A stretch of 64,000 nt of DNA. It comes from a virus. The position numbers were made by a program, and so were the translations under genes. Each line of letters starts with the position of its first letter. Within the stretch, counting starts at the first letter, position 1. This document shows, piece after piece, positions 46,601 to 55,987 of the stretch. The notes below the pieces were generated by a model. It worked only from the letters and a program-made list of their open reading frames with translations. It was not told the origin of the DNA and made no database searches. Location of the stretch: positions 1 to 64,000 of the IMG/VR virus record IMGVR_UViG_3300020172_001416; one strand, written 5' to 3'.

Positions 46601-46832
46601 GGTGGCTCTGTTAAACGCATCCAATCTCCCAAAACCGAACTTTATGATTATTGACGAAGGATTGGGAACACTTGACCCAGAAAACCTCAGTGCGATGGGA
46701 ACAATGATGGGTATCCTAAAGTCACAATTCGATTTCCTTATCCTCATCAGTCACTTGGATACCGCTCGGGATATGGTGGATAAGGTAATTGAAATCAAAC
46801 GGGAGGACGGTTTCTCGTATATTAATGTCTAA
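43668..46832 (+). CDS. fused Mre11/SbcD nuclease-Rad50/SbcC ATPase (gp47-gp46)
   Basis: ADIH, GDILH, GNHD, LGDIH; Walker A QNASGKSS; hook CNVC; signature SSGMER; Walker B IIDEG; LISH. Confidence 0.92.
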   Translation: MRIDVPFKKLRTIAHTADIHIRLFKRHEEYREAFNTFYQQLRQTDLTDGVILVAGDILHAKTDMSPEMVELASEFLRNLADIAPTFIIAGNHDLNLSNMNRLDSLTPIIKNLNHPNLHYFKHSDIYQVADVDFAVFSILDDRDQWPVVEDCRKNVRKIALYHGPVHGAQTDVKYVITNRHVDVTTFEGYDAVLLGDIHKYQVLQESNPVIVYSSSLIQQNHGETVTGHGWCLWNVEECTHVFKELPNAYGYYTLELVEGKINFPIDMPKNVRLRLFTGNADTSLIKKTTAALRKRYNVIELSINKNRFNNSSPSYRKGTHITTDVTNVNTQNSLIQDWIERNHETVDDELMKKVVSVNNKLNAQISHEDHSRNIHWRPLKFTFSNMFSYGENNEIDFENMHGIHGIFAQNASGKSSSMDALIFCLYDKTPRAFRGDHIMNNRKDTFECELKFEIDQETYFIRRTGTRKKTGDVKVDVSFWKEHSDGTHTSLNGEDRRDTNANIRNYVGSYEDFVLTTLSSQTANALFIDKSHSERKDLLIQFMGLNIFDKLFDTANEESKEISGALKKFKKIDFDQTLSDTQTKLENAKVQHEMVETTITEIKGEREVLDGKLRDWQTQKKPVPNIELNLDKLQQKLVETNKLITQHTESRADAETRLQELHSTITEKTQQVVDANVPELRQSVEEYNRLSALFNKGTAALKLTTSKVTEKEKFKTKLESYKYNPDCNVCVENNKSIIEDMESVTHELVDLYELQTKQEDAVNEIKQQMEPLVDKVNLCAYYEKIQSEVQQLQKKASGLELDIQKLITSIEKCDRNREQIEKDIELHKVNEENIKHNKTVDEHISHVEYDISVNKKTMDKLEKQLRELHGEIKVLEATKTDILNQIKEAEELEDTYEAYKYYMEAVGRDGVPYELMSRAIPAIESEINNILTQIVEFTISLEVDGKNILGKLNYDHERIWPLENSSGMERFISSLAIRVALLNASNLPKPNFMIIDEGLGTLDPENLSAMGTMMGILKSQFDFLILISHLDTARDMVDKVIEIKREDGFSYINV

Positions 46833-46868
46833 ATATACTATTTATATTGAGACTCTAGCCAGAAACCT

Positions 46869-48677
46869 ATGCCAAAGACTAGAAAGACGTTACAATTAAA
46901 AAACTTAGCAAAATACGATGTGTTGGTTGAAGATAGGTCAGCCACCTCATCGTATTTTCAAGTAAACCTACCGCAGACTTTTAGTGGTGGTAGAAATTCG
47001 TTTTTATTAGCGGGTTCTCCATTTCTAAAAGCTGGGTCTAGTATTCAAATAGAAATTTTGGATGCGAAAGGACAAACTATATTTCAGAACCCAGTTCAAA
47101 AGTATATACAAGGCAATTCCAGATTGATATCTGTAGAAATTACAGAAAAAACAGCTCCTGGATTTGCTACAGTTATTATTATGGGAATAGCCTCTAAGTT
47201 GACAACCGGAGAAGCTATACCTTCTAACTGGGAAAAGTCGTATAATGTTCGCTGGTCAACTAGAATTTTGGTTGAACCCAACGCGAGAAACACTTCCCCA
47301 CTTGTATTTTTAAATACACCAGTTGTGTTTTCGGAAGAAAAGAGGTTGTATAGTGTGGCAACCTCGTCGTATGTATCCGCGAGTACGCAGTTCACGGCAA
47401 GCTTAACTCCGGTAAAATATTCTAGTTTTCAAATTGGTTATTTGATTAAGGCAGAAGCACCTACGTCATTTTCCGCAGACTATATTGGCGGGTACATCAC
47501 GGGGTCGTTGTTGATAAACGGGGTAAGCGCAAGCTTGTATGTACCCATCAATGAAATTTTAAACGATACGACGGCGTTTAGTACAGGTGAACTTATCAAA
47601 ACCTCAAACGGTGAAGTTATAGAATCACTATATTTGACAAGTGGTAGCTACTCATCATCAATATTAGGAGCATCGGTGAAAGTGTCATCGTCTGCCAAGT
47701 TGGTATATAGTAAACTAAGTACCACCGAAGTGAACATACCAATTTCATACGCCAAGCTAAGAATTATTAATCTTAATACGGTTAGTGGCGAACCATTCAA
47801 GTTTAAAGTATCAAGTAGAGTTTCAACGAACATATCCGATTATAAATTCGTTGCAGATACTCCAGTAACTACTAATGATTTATTAGTAACCAGTTCGATT
47901 CGTGGTGATTTATCTATCGGAGACTTTTATACAACACCAACGGCATCAAAAAACTGGTATGCGGATTCGCTACTATCCAGTAGTAATCCGATATACACAG
48001 TGTCGGGGTCAAAACCGTATTATAATTCATCACTTACGTCTACACCTTTCACACTATCTGTAACTGATGATGTGTTACTACGGTCAATTCGGGCAGATGT
48101 TCCAACATATAATGACCAAGTATTTTCCGGAAGTGTGTCTGCTAGCGGATATTTTATTGGAAATAAAGAATCTATTACATTATTCCCAACAACAGAATAT
48201 ACTCTCCAACTTGATGCATTTTACAAAAATTATTCAGGATCAGTAAATTTAACTGGTGTAGACCCGAAGATAGATATTTATATGGTAGGAGTTAATAACA
48301 CACTGGTTATTGATAATAATCCACTAGGACAAAAAATAGGTACATTATCTGTAGTAACTGGAGCGGCGTCTCAACGATTCCAACAAAAACAATTTAACTT
48401 CACGCCGGCTATTTCCATAGGAAGTTCGGTTGGTATTCGGTTTGTAGTAAGTAATGGATTTTGGTATTTGTCTAATATTTCATTAAAACCAGCCTCAGAT
48501 AAGTTATTTTCTCCAGATGAAGCACAAGTATTAGTACCAAATACTGAATATTTTAATGAGTTATTAGAGCATAAAGTAGAATTCTTTGATATTAACAATA
48601 ATTCAACAGATGTCGCTGTTTCTTCGATACCAACTTTCTTTACTGGTTCGAATATCGACTTGGGTACTCTTCCATGA
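46869..48677 (+). CDS. virion structural protein (Ser/Thr-rich, beta)
   Basis: Late motif upstream; SGS/SAS-rich like the tail proteins. Confidence 0.65.
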   Translation: MPKTRKTLQLKNLAKYDVLVEDRSATSSYFQVNLPQTFSGGRNSFLLAGSPFLKAGSSIQIEILDAKGQTIFQNPVQKYIQGNSRLISVEITEKTAPGFATVIIMGIASKLTTGEAIPSNWEKSYNVRWSTRILVEPNARNTSPLVFLNTPVVFSEEKRLYSVATSSYVSASTQFTASLTPVKYSSFQIGYLIKAEAPTSFSADYIGGYITGSLLINGVSASLYVPINEILNDTTAFSTGELIKTSNGEVIESLYLTSGSYSSSILGASVKVSSSAKLVYSKLSTTEVNIPISYAKLRIINLNTVSGEPFKFKVSSRVSTNISDYKFVADTPVTTNDLLVTSSIRGDLSIGDFYTTPTASKNWYADSLLSSSNPIYTVSGSKPYYNSSLTSTPFTLSVTDDVLLRSIRADVPTYNDQVFSGSVSASGYFIGNKESITLFPTTEYTLQLDAFYKNYSGSVNLTGVDPKIDIYMVGVNNTLVIDNNPLGQKIGTLSVVTGAASQRFQQKQFNFTPAISIGSSVGIRFVVSNGFWYLSNISLKPASDKLFSPDEAQVLVPNTEYFNELLEHKVEFFDINNNSTDVAVSSIPTFFTGSNIDLGTLP

Positions 48678-51487
48678 AATCAGCAATAGATATTTTATTT
48701 GAACAAGCTCAATCTGAACAGTTTCATATAAACGAGTTCAATCGGATGCTTCATGCGTTAGATGAAAAGAAACGAAAGAAGTGTACCATCTATCCGACTG
48801 ATTCTGGAAATCAAATACGTAAAAAGTGTAAGCAAGCCAAGGTGTGGGGATTACACTACGCTCCGGTTTGGGATAAGTATATGAAGGACAACCCGCCTGC
48901 AGAAATTCCAACAAGTACAGATGGTGGAGTAGACGCAGGGGATGCTGGAGACGCCGGAGATGCAGCAGGCGGAGACGGAGCCGGAGTTGGTGAAATGAAA
49001 GGTCTAGCTGGGTCAAAATTCACATATCCGATGTCAAGCGGTCCAGACGATGACTATCAACTTAAACCAAAAAACGAAGCAGGTTCCAGCACAGAACGTG
49101 TTCGTCGGTATTATCGCCGTCATCCAGAAAAAGTTCGTGCATATCTAAAAAAGACACAAGATGATCGTGTTGCTCGTAATCGTGACAGACGTAAGGCAGT
49201 TAAAAAACACGGCAAAGCTAAGATGAAAAATCACGATGTGCATCATCCAAACGGTGCACAAAATGGTAATTGGAAATTAGCAAAGAAAGACCACGGCCGG
49301 GATAAGAAGAACGAAAATATTGAATACGTCTATCTGTCAGAATTAGCAGAGGGGCTTGTACCAAATGGTAGTTGGACACTCATTTACGAAGGTGGTGCCG
49401 CAGGACATATGGCGCACCCATACGAAGATGATTCACTTTCATTTACAGACGTAAAAGATATGGTTACCCGTGGATTGGTTGGTGATTTGGGAGCAGAAGA
49501 ACCCGTCACTGAAAAACTTGACGGTCAAAATATTATGTTCACCGTGCGCGACGGTCGTGTTTATTTCGCTCGTAATAAGGGACAAGTCAAGAACAAAGGT
49601 AAGAACGCATTAGATACCGCCGGCATTCGTCAAATGTTTGCTGGCCGTGGGGATATTGAAAAGGCATTTACTGGGGCAGCAGAAGATTTACAAAGTGCAA
49701 TTGATGCACTCCCAGAAGATGAACGAAGTAAGATGTTTGCCGACGGGTCGAAGTTTATGAATGTTGAAATCGTTTTTCCAGACACTAAGAATGTTATCCC
49801 GTATGACAAGTCAGTATTGGTGTTTCACGGAACCGTTGAATATGACGACGAAGGTAACGAAATCAAGCGGTCAGTCGAAGATGGCCGTGAATTATCTGAC
49901 CAACTTACTAAGGTTAATGCGCAAAAGCAAAAAACATTTGGTATCTCTGGTCCAAAGACAATCAGTTTCAGCGATGCACAGACAGTAGAAAATAAAAATG
50001 CATTGAAGAAAATCGGTGCACGTATTTCTCAATTACAGAAAGAATATGGATTGGACGATAAGTCCACTATTGAAGATTATAAGACAAAGTGGTGGGAAGA
50101 TAAACTTATTCAAATTTCCCAAGAAAATGGTTTGGAATTTACTAAACAAGAATTTGAAGGTATGACTCGTCGCTGGGCATTGGGTGATAAGAAGTTCAAA
50201 GTCTCCGACATTGAAGACCCAGAAAAGAAAAAGTGGTTCCGTCAATTTGAAGGAAGTGAATTAAAAGCCGCACAACGCGAAGCAGTACGTCCGCTGGAAA
50301 GTGTATTCTTGCAAGTGGGTGCTATGTCACTTAAGCGGGTTACTGATTTCTTATCAGCAAATAATCCAGAACTTGCGAAGAAGTTGAAGGCAGAAGTGTT
50401 AGATACAATTAAGCAAATTCAGCAAACGGGTGATGCAAACAAATTAGCTGCGTTACAAATTCAATTGGAACGCTTGCAAGATATCGGAATGGATAATATT
50501 GTTCCAACCGAAGGTATGGTCTTTATGTACAAGGGCAAGCCATACAAGTTCACCGGAACATTCGCTCCAGTAAATCAAATTTTAGGTACGTTGAAGTTTG
50601 ATAAGGGCGAAGCAAAGTTAGTTGATGAACCAAAAGAAACACCAAAAACAGAACCAACCACAAAACCAGCTCAAGGGGAACAACGTACTGTCGCTATCTT
50701 TACCGGACGTTTCCAACCATTCCACGCTGGTCACTATAGTATCTACAAGTCAATGGTGGATAAGTTTGGTAAGGAAAACGTATACATCGCAACAAGTGAC
50801 AAGACCGAAGCTGGGAAGTCTCCATTCAGATTCAACGATAAGAAGCAGATTATGACCCAGATGTTTGATATTCCAGAAGATATGGTGGTTCAAGTCAAGA
50901 ATCCATACGCACCAAAAGAAATTCTTGAAAAATTACCACCAGAAACCGTATACGTTACTGCCGTCAGTCAAAAGGACGCGGAGCGTTTAGGTGGAAAGTA
51001 TTTCCAACCATACGATGAAAAGGGTCCAAAGAAAGGATTTGCCGACCAAGGATATTTTATGGTCGCTCCAGAATTGAAGGTTGATATTGATGGGAAGAAT
51101 ATTAGTGGAACACAACTTCGAGCAATTTTTGGTAATCCAAATATCACCGATGAAGTCAAGCAAGAAATCTTCGCAAAGGTATACGGTAAGTTTGACCAAG
51201 ATATCTTCGATAAGGTTATAAAAACCACAACCAAATCAGAAGAAGAATTGAAAATTACCAACAAGTTTACAGAACCAACAAAAGGAAAAGTAATGCCGGT
51301 AACTCCAGCACAAAAGCAACCAAAGGACAAGCCAAATGTAGATACTAATACAAGTAATGACGCATCTCAATACCAACCAGGCGAAACGTGGCAAACCGCC
51401 GGTGGTAACTTTGGCGGTAAAAATAAGAAGGGTCAAATTAAGTACTTCGGTACAGAAGACAAGGCACAGATATTCGCAACCAAGTGA
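48674..51487 (+). CDS. multidomain protein: HNH-like + ligase-type nucleotidyltransferase-like + HIGH cytidylyltransferase-like
   Basis: HDVHHPNG..NGN; GGAAGHMAHP..TEKLDG..ARNK..EGMVF..K; GRFQPFHAGH..ISGTQLR. Confidence 0.7.
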   Translation: MKSAIDILFEQAQSEQFHINEFNRMLHALDEKKRKKCTIYPTDSGNQIRKKCKQAKVWGLHYAPVWDKYMKDNPPAEIPTSTDGGVDAGDAGDAGDAAGGDGAGVGEMKGLAGSKFTYPMSSGPDDDYQLKPKNEAGSSTERVRRYYRRHPEKVRAYLKKTQDDRVARNRDRRKAVKKHGKAKMKNHDVHHPNGAQNGNWKLAKKDHGRDKKNENIEYVYLSELAEGLVPNGSWTLIYEGGAAGHMAHPYEDDSLSFTDVKDMVTRGLVGDLGAEEPVTEKLDGQNIMFTVRDGRVYFARNKGQVKNKGKNALDTAGIRQMFAGRGDIEKAFTGAAEDLQSAIDALPEDERSKMFADGSKFMNVEIVFPDTKNVIPYDKSVLVFHGTVEYDDEGNEIKRSVEDGRELSDQLTKVNAQKQKTFGISGPKTISFSDAQTVENKNALKKIGARISQLQKEYGLDDKSTIEDYKTKWWEDKLIQISQENGLEFTKQEFEGMTRRWALGDKKFKVSDIEDPEKKKWFRQFEGSELKAAQREAVRPLESVFLQVGAMSLKRVTDFLSANNPELAKKLKAEVLDTIKQIQQTGDANKLAALQIQLERLQDIGMDNIVPTEGMVFMYKGKPYKFTGTFAPVNQILGTLKFDKGEAKLVDEPKETPKTEPTTKPAQGEQRTVAIFTGRFQPFHAGHYSIYKSMVDKFGKENVYIATSDKTEAGKSPFRFNDKKQIMTQMFDIPEDMVVQVKNPYAPKEILEKLPPETVYVTAVSQKDAERLGGKYFQPYDEKGPKKGFADQGYFMVAPELKVDIDGKNISGTQLRAIFGNPNITDEVKQEIFAKVYGKFDQDIFDKVIKTTTKSEEELKITNKFTEPTKGKVMPVTPAQKQPKDKPNVDTNTSNDASQYQPGETWQTAGGNFGGKNKKGQIKYFGTEDKAQIFATK

Positions 51488-51493
51488 GGTTAT

Positions 51494-52132
51494 ATGTTTA
51501 AAAATGAAGAAGCATTAAATGATGTTCGTAGAAAAGTTGCAGAAAAAATGAAGAAGGATGGTGACAAGTTAATATTTGGATGGCGAGGAGAGCCAGAACC
51601 CACTAGAAAGGAAGGCGATGAGTGGGTAGATGTTAATGGAAAGAAATGGACAATCAAGGGTGGTATCCGCCAATCCGTTACAAAGTTGGATTCTGCAAAG
51701 ACTCCCTATTGGTGTCCAAAGTGCAGTAAGCCAATGAATCATAGATTTGATATTAAATTTTGGAGAATCCGTGGTCATTGCTTTGATTGTAACATTAAAG
51801 CTGAAACGGAACTTCGTCGTCAAGGAAAATGGCAAGAATTTGAACACAAGACATTACTGAGAAATTACATAGCTAAACTCAGAGACACTATTGCAGAACT
51901 TCAAGACTATCACGATACCGTCACCAAACCAGAATTCGTGAACGCTGACGAAACAAAAATTTTGATGATTGAAAAGTGGGACGTTGATATTGAAAAAGTA
52001 AAGTCTGACCTTCGGGCAGATATTGCGAATTTGCAAAAAATGTTAGATGATACAATTACAGAATTTGGTACTGGAGAAGATAATGAAACGAAAAACGAAG
52101 TCGTTACTGGAACGGACGAAGTTAATAGCTGA
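51494..52132 (+). CDS. hypothetical protein with Zn finger
   Basis: CPKC..CFDC. Confidence 0.75.
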   Translation: MFKNEEALNDVRRKVAEKMKKDGDKLIFGWRGEPEPTRKEGDEWVDVNGKKWTIKGGIRQSVTKLDSAKTPYWCPKCSKPMNHRFDIKFWRIRGHCFDCNIKAETELRRQGKWQEFEHKTLLRNYIAKLRDTIAELQDYHDTVTKPEFVNADETKILMIEKWDVDIEKVKSDLRADIANLQKMLDDTITEFGTGEDNETKNEVVTGTDEVNS

Positions 52133-52751
52133 AACTATCACGGCGGTACTGCCACTCGCTAAAATTGCATTAGTAGCGGCCGGTGTATTGTCATTAGTAA
52201 TGATGTTCAAGGTTAATAAGACCGAAGATGAAATGGACAAATATATTGCCGAATACAAGGTATTTCAAGCAAAGGCTGAACAAGCGACAGAACTAGCCGA
52301 TAGTTTGTCACAAGAAATTGTTATTGCCGACAATGAGTCCCGAGCAGCTGAAGGTCGTGCCAAAGTATTAAGTCGTCAAGTCAGTGTACTACAGAACGAA
52401 ACATTAAGTATGGAAGAACGGGCGGAAGTGATGAAAGAAACATTACTTGACACGTTAGAATTAGCTCGTCAAATCTTACCACTTAAAGATTCTATTATCG
52501 CAAAACAAAAAGAAACCATTGCCACACAAGGTACCCAAGTAACAGAACTTGAAGGTGCATTGTTAAGCAAAGATAATGCATTGCGTATGGCGATGATGCG
52601 GGGTGATAGTCTCCAAGCAGTTATCAATCTTATCCCACCTGCCCCAAAGAATCCTAACCGTATGTTTGGAATCAAGTTACCAAGTCGAAAGGCATCCTTT
52701 GCGGTTGGATTAGCAATGGGTATCGGAGCAGGAGTCCTTGTAATCAAGTAG
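52083..52751 (+). CDS. coiled-coil protein with N- and C-terminal hydrophobic segments (spanin-like?)
   Basis: TM IALVAAGVLSLVMMF, heptad-rich middle, C-terminal FAVGLAMGIGAGVLVI. Confidence 0.6.
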   Translation: MKRKTKSLLERTKLIAETITAVLPLAKIALVAAGVLSLVMMFKVNKTEDEMDKYIAEYKVFQAKAEQATELADSLSQEIVIADNESRAAEGRAKVLSRQVSVLQNETLSMEERAEVMKETLLDTLELARQILPLKDSIIAKQKETIATQGTQVTELEGALLSKDNALRMAMMRGDSLQAVINLIPPAPKNPNRMFGIKLPSRKASFAVGLAMGIGAGVLVIK

Positions 52752-52758
52752 AGGTTTT

Positions 52759-54342
52759 ATGAACGCGACAGCACAACAGTTACGTGAAAAAATTAAAGAA
52801 GAATTTAAGAAATGTGCAGTAGACCCCGCATACTTCTTATCACGATACTCATACATTCAACACCCGATTCGTGGTCGGGTGTTGTTTGATTTATACAAAT
52901 ATCAAGAAAACGCATTAACTGACTTTGAACAGAATGATTATAATATCGTTCTCAAAGGTCGTCAGATTGGTATTTCCACGTTAGTCGCGGGATACTCTCT
53001 GTGGTTAATGTTATTTCACAAAGATAAAAATATCCTCGTTATCGCAACCAAACAAGAAACCGCAAAGAACTTGGTCACTAAGGTAAAGTTCATGCATCAA
53101 AATCTTCCAGTTTGGTTACGGGGACAGGTCACGACAGATAATAAACTTTCTTTACAATTCTCCAACGGGTCACAGATTAAGGCAGTTGCGTCAAGTCCAG
53201 ATGCAGGTCGTTCTGAAGCACTTTCTCTGTTGATTCTGGACGAATGTGCGTTCATCGATGACGCAGATATCATCTGGACCGCAGCATCCAGTACGTTATC
53301 TACGGGTGGTAAAGCAATCCTATTATCCACTCCAAACGGCGTTGGTAACTTCTTCCATAAGATGTGGCAGCAAGCAGAGGCCAAGACCAACGGATTTAAT
53401 ACTATATTATTAGATTGGAGAGTTCATCCAGAACGTGACCAAGCATGGCGTGACCGTCAGACAGAATTGATGGGCGAAATGCAATCGGCACAAGAACACG
53501 ATGCATCATTCATTTTTTCGGGTAATACTGTAGTTCCGCCGGAAATCCTTGAATTCTATAAAAAGACGTATGTTCAAGAGCCGATGGAAAAGACAGGGTT
53601 TGATGGAAACTTCTGGATTTGGGAATATCCACATCCATCCAAGTCATATATTGTCGCCGCTGACGTTTCCCGCGGCGACGGCGAGGACTATTCAACCTTT
53701 CACGTAATTGATGTAGAATCGTCCACCCAAGTTGCGGAATATAAGGGGAAAATTGAAACGAAGGCATTCGGAAATATGTTGGTGTCAATTGCCACGCAAT
53801 ATAATGACGCCCTCCTTATTCCGGACAACAGTAGTATTGGGTGGAACGCTATCCAGCAAATTATCGACCGTGGGTACAAAAATCTCTTTTATATGTCCAG
53901 AGATTTACAATATGTGGACGTAGAACACCAAATATCTGGAAAATATTATAAAGAAGAAAAGAGCATGGTACCTGGATTTATGATTTCGCAACGGACTCGT
54001 CCATTGATTATCGCCAGATTAAAGGAATATATGTTGGAAACCTCATTCACCATTCGTTCCCCACGTATGATTGCAGAACTGGAAACGTTTATTTGGAAGA
54101 ATGGTCGGCCGGAAGCGTTGTCGGGGTACAACGACGACTTAGTGTTAGCGCTTTGTATCGGATTATGGGTACGTGACACCGCTCTCAGATTACGTCAAGA
54201 AGGGATAGAGTTGACCAAAATAGCGATTGATAAAGCAAAATATCAACTCGGAACCATGGTGTATAGTTCCAATAATATGAACCAGAACCCGTATGAGATG
54301 CAAATTGGTCAAGAAAAGGAAAATTTACGGTGGTTACTATAA
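52759..54342 (+). CDS. terminase large subunit (gp17-like)
   Basis: KGRQIGIST, LLILDECAF, STPNG, ADVSRGDGEDYS, NDDLVLAL. Confidence 0.95.
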   Translation: MNATAQQLREKIKEEFKKCAVDPAYFLSRYSYIQHPIRGRVLFDLYKYQENALTDFEQNDYNIVLKGRQIGISTLVAGYSLWLMLFHKDKNILVIATKQETAKNLVTKVKFMHQNLPVWLRGQVTTDNKLSLQFSNGSQIKAVASSPDAGRSEALSLLILDECAFIDDADIIWTAASSTLSTGGKAILLSTPNGVGNFFHKMWQQAEAKTNGFNTILLDWRVHPERDQAWRDRQTELMGEMQSAQEHDASFIFSGNTVVPPEILEFYKKTYVQEPMEKTGFDGNFWIWEYPHPSKSYIVAADVSRGDGEDYSTFHVIDVESSTQVAEYKGKIETKAFGNMLVSIATQYNDALLIPDNSSIGWNAIQQIIDRGYKNLFYMSRDLQYVDVEHQISGKYYKEEKSMVPGFMISQRTRPLIIARLKEYMLETSFTIRSPRMIAELETFIWKNGRPEALSGYNDDLVLALCIGLWVRDTALRLRQEGIELTKIAIDKAKYQLGTMVYSSNNMNQNPYEMQIGQEKENLRWLL

Positions 54343-54397
54343 TTGTCTTATACTTATATAGTAGTGTCATTTTATACAATATTTTTCGAGAATTCCT

Positions 54398-54730
54398 ATG
54401 AAGGCAGAAGATATTCGTCGTATAATTCGTGAAGAATTAGAAGCAGCAATCAAATCACGAATGGAAAAAGAAGAAATCTGTGAAGGTGAGGGATGTTTAG
54501 ACGAAAAGTCCGTCCCACAACCGTATAATCGTAAGACTGCTCGTAAAATGAGTAAGTCTCAAGTTGACCTTCGTAAGAAGATTGGTCAAGCTATGATGCG
54601 TGACGAAAAGAAAGTCAGTAAGTTCAGAAAGAAGTATGGTGATGAATGGAAAGATTATCTTTGGGCAGCAGCATCCTCGGCCGCATTCAGACAAAGTGGT
54701 TCTACGAAGAGCGACGACAAACGGAAGTAA
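54398..54730 (+). CDS. putative internal head protein
   Basis: IRRIIREELE leader; basic domain after LDE. Confidence 0.6.
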   Translation: MKAEDIRRIIREELEAAIKSRMEKEEICEGEGCLDEKSVPQPYNRKTARKMSKSQVDLRKKIGQAMMRDEKKVSKFRKKYGDEWKDYLWAAASSAAFRQSGSTKSDDKRK

Positions 54731-54732
54731 TA

Positions 54733-55623
54733 ATGCAATATAAGTTATTTTTTAATTTTGAGCAATATAAGCATTCACATAAGCGTCACGATCCACCTGG
54801 GTCAGAAGATGCGGATGTAAACAATGATGGTAAGATTGATAAAAATGACAAGTATATAATGGCAAAACGAAGACTGTATAAGCAATATCAATCGGCACAA
54901 AAGAGTAACAAAGAAACAGACTTTTCTACACCGAAGTTGGAGACTGATATGATTAGATTAATGGGGCTTGTTGAAGTACCGTCCATAACACCACTTAAAG
55001 AAGAATCACACGAAGAACCAACACCAGCTCCAACTGCAGCTGTTGATAAAAAGTCGTTGGTTGGAATGAAATTAAAGAAGCTCAAGGGAATGCAAATGAC
55101 CCCAGACCAAGAAAAGAAGGTTGATGAGCTTTTGGTTCAAATGGAAGAATTAACTGCTGGTCAGAAGAAACTTGACGTTGATGGAGACGGCAAGATTGAA
55201 GGTGATGACTTAGCAAAACTTCGTGCTGGTAAGAAAGCTGATGAAGCAGTTGGGGAAGATCATGAAGTATCAATGGGAATTAAGACCCTCGACTCTATCA
55301 TCAAACACGCAACTGAATTAAAGGGTAAGCTTGGAATGGAAGAAAAGGACATTCCAGCATGGATTCAAGACCATATCGCTGTTGCTGAAAACAATCTTGA
55401 CCAAGCAAATACTGGATATCACGAATACGGCGAAGAAGAAAAGACCGACGCCCCAGTAGACCAAGATATGGCAGCAATGAAGGAAGAAGTCAGTGAAGCA
55501 GCTCCAGAAGGTTGGGAAAAAACTGTTCTCGCTATGAAGAAGCATAAGGAAATTGATAATCCTTGGGCACTTGCACATTGGATGAAGAAGAAAGGATATC
55601 ACTCACAAAAAAAGGAAGAATAA
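54733..55623 (+). CDS. putative internal head polyprotein with DxNxDG loops
   Basis: DVNNDGKID, DVDGDGKIEGDD; modules separated by xxE sites. Confidence 0.6.
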   Translation: MQYKLFFNFEQYKHSHKRHDPPGSEDADVNNDGKIDKNDKYIMAKRRLYKQYQSAQKSNKETDFSTPKLETDMIRLMGLVEVPSITPLKEESHEEPTPAPTAAVDKKSLVGMKLKKLKGMQMTPDQEKKVDELLVQMEELTAGQKKLDVDGDGKIEGDDLAKLRAGKKADEAVGEDHEVSMGIKTLDSIIKHATELKGKLGMEEKDIPAWIQDHIAVAENNLDQANTGYHEYGEEEKTDAPVDQDMAAMKEEVSEAAPEGWEKTVLAMKKHKEIDNPWALAHWMKKKGYHSQKKEE

Positions 55624-55985
55624 TGGAATCCGTCGCAAAATTCATTTCAGTGCTTCTCGCTAGCCGGGAACAAGCACATATCTTCCATCTTCAAACCCAA
55701 TCATATGCCCAACATAAGGCATTACAAGGGTATTATGAAGGTATCGTGGACTTAATTGACACTTATGTAGAATCATATCAAGGTCGGTATGGTATTTTGA
55801 AGGGATATAAGCCAACTACCCAAATCTTTGAAGATGATTCAACCCTTCGATATTTTGCAGGTTTATTGTCATATGTGGATAACGCTCGTAAAGATTTACC
55901 ACAAGACGGTGAACTTAATAACACGATTGATGAAATTTCAGGGTTAATTTCCAGTACACATTACAAGCTTAAATTTTTAAAGTAA
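55623..55985 (+). CDS. ferritin/Dps-like four-helix protein
   Basis: HIFHLQT.SYAQHKAL..YY..DLIDTYVESYQGRYG..YKL. Confidence 0.7.
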   Translation: MESVAKFISVLLASREQAHIFHLQTQSYAQHKALQGYYEGIVDLIDTYVESYQGRYGILKGYKPTTQIFEDDSTLRYFAGLLSYVDNARKDLPQDGELNNTIDEISGLISSTHYKLKFLK

Positions 55986-55987
55986 AA

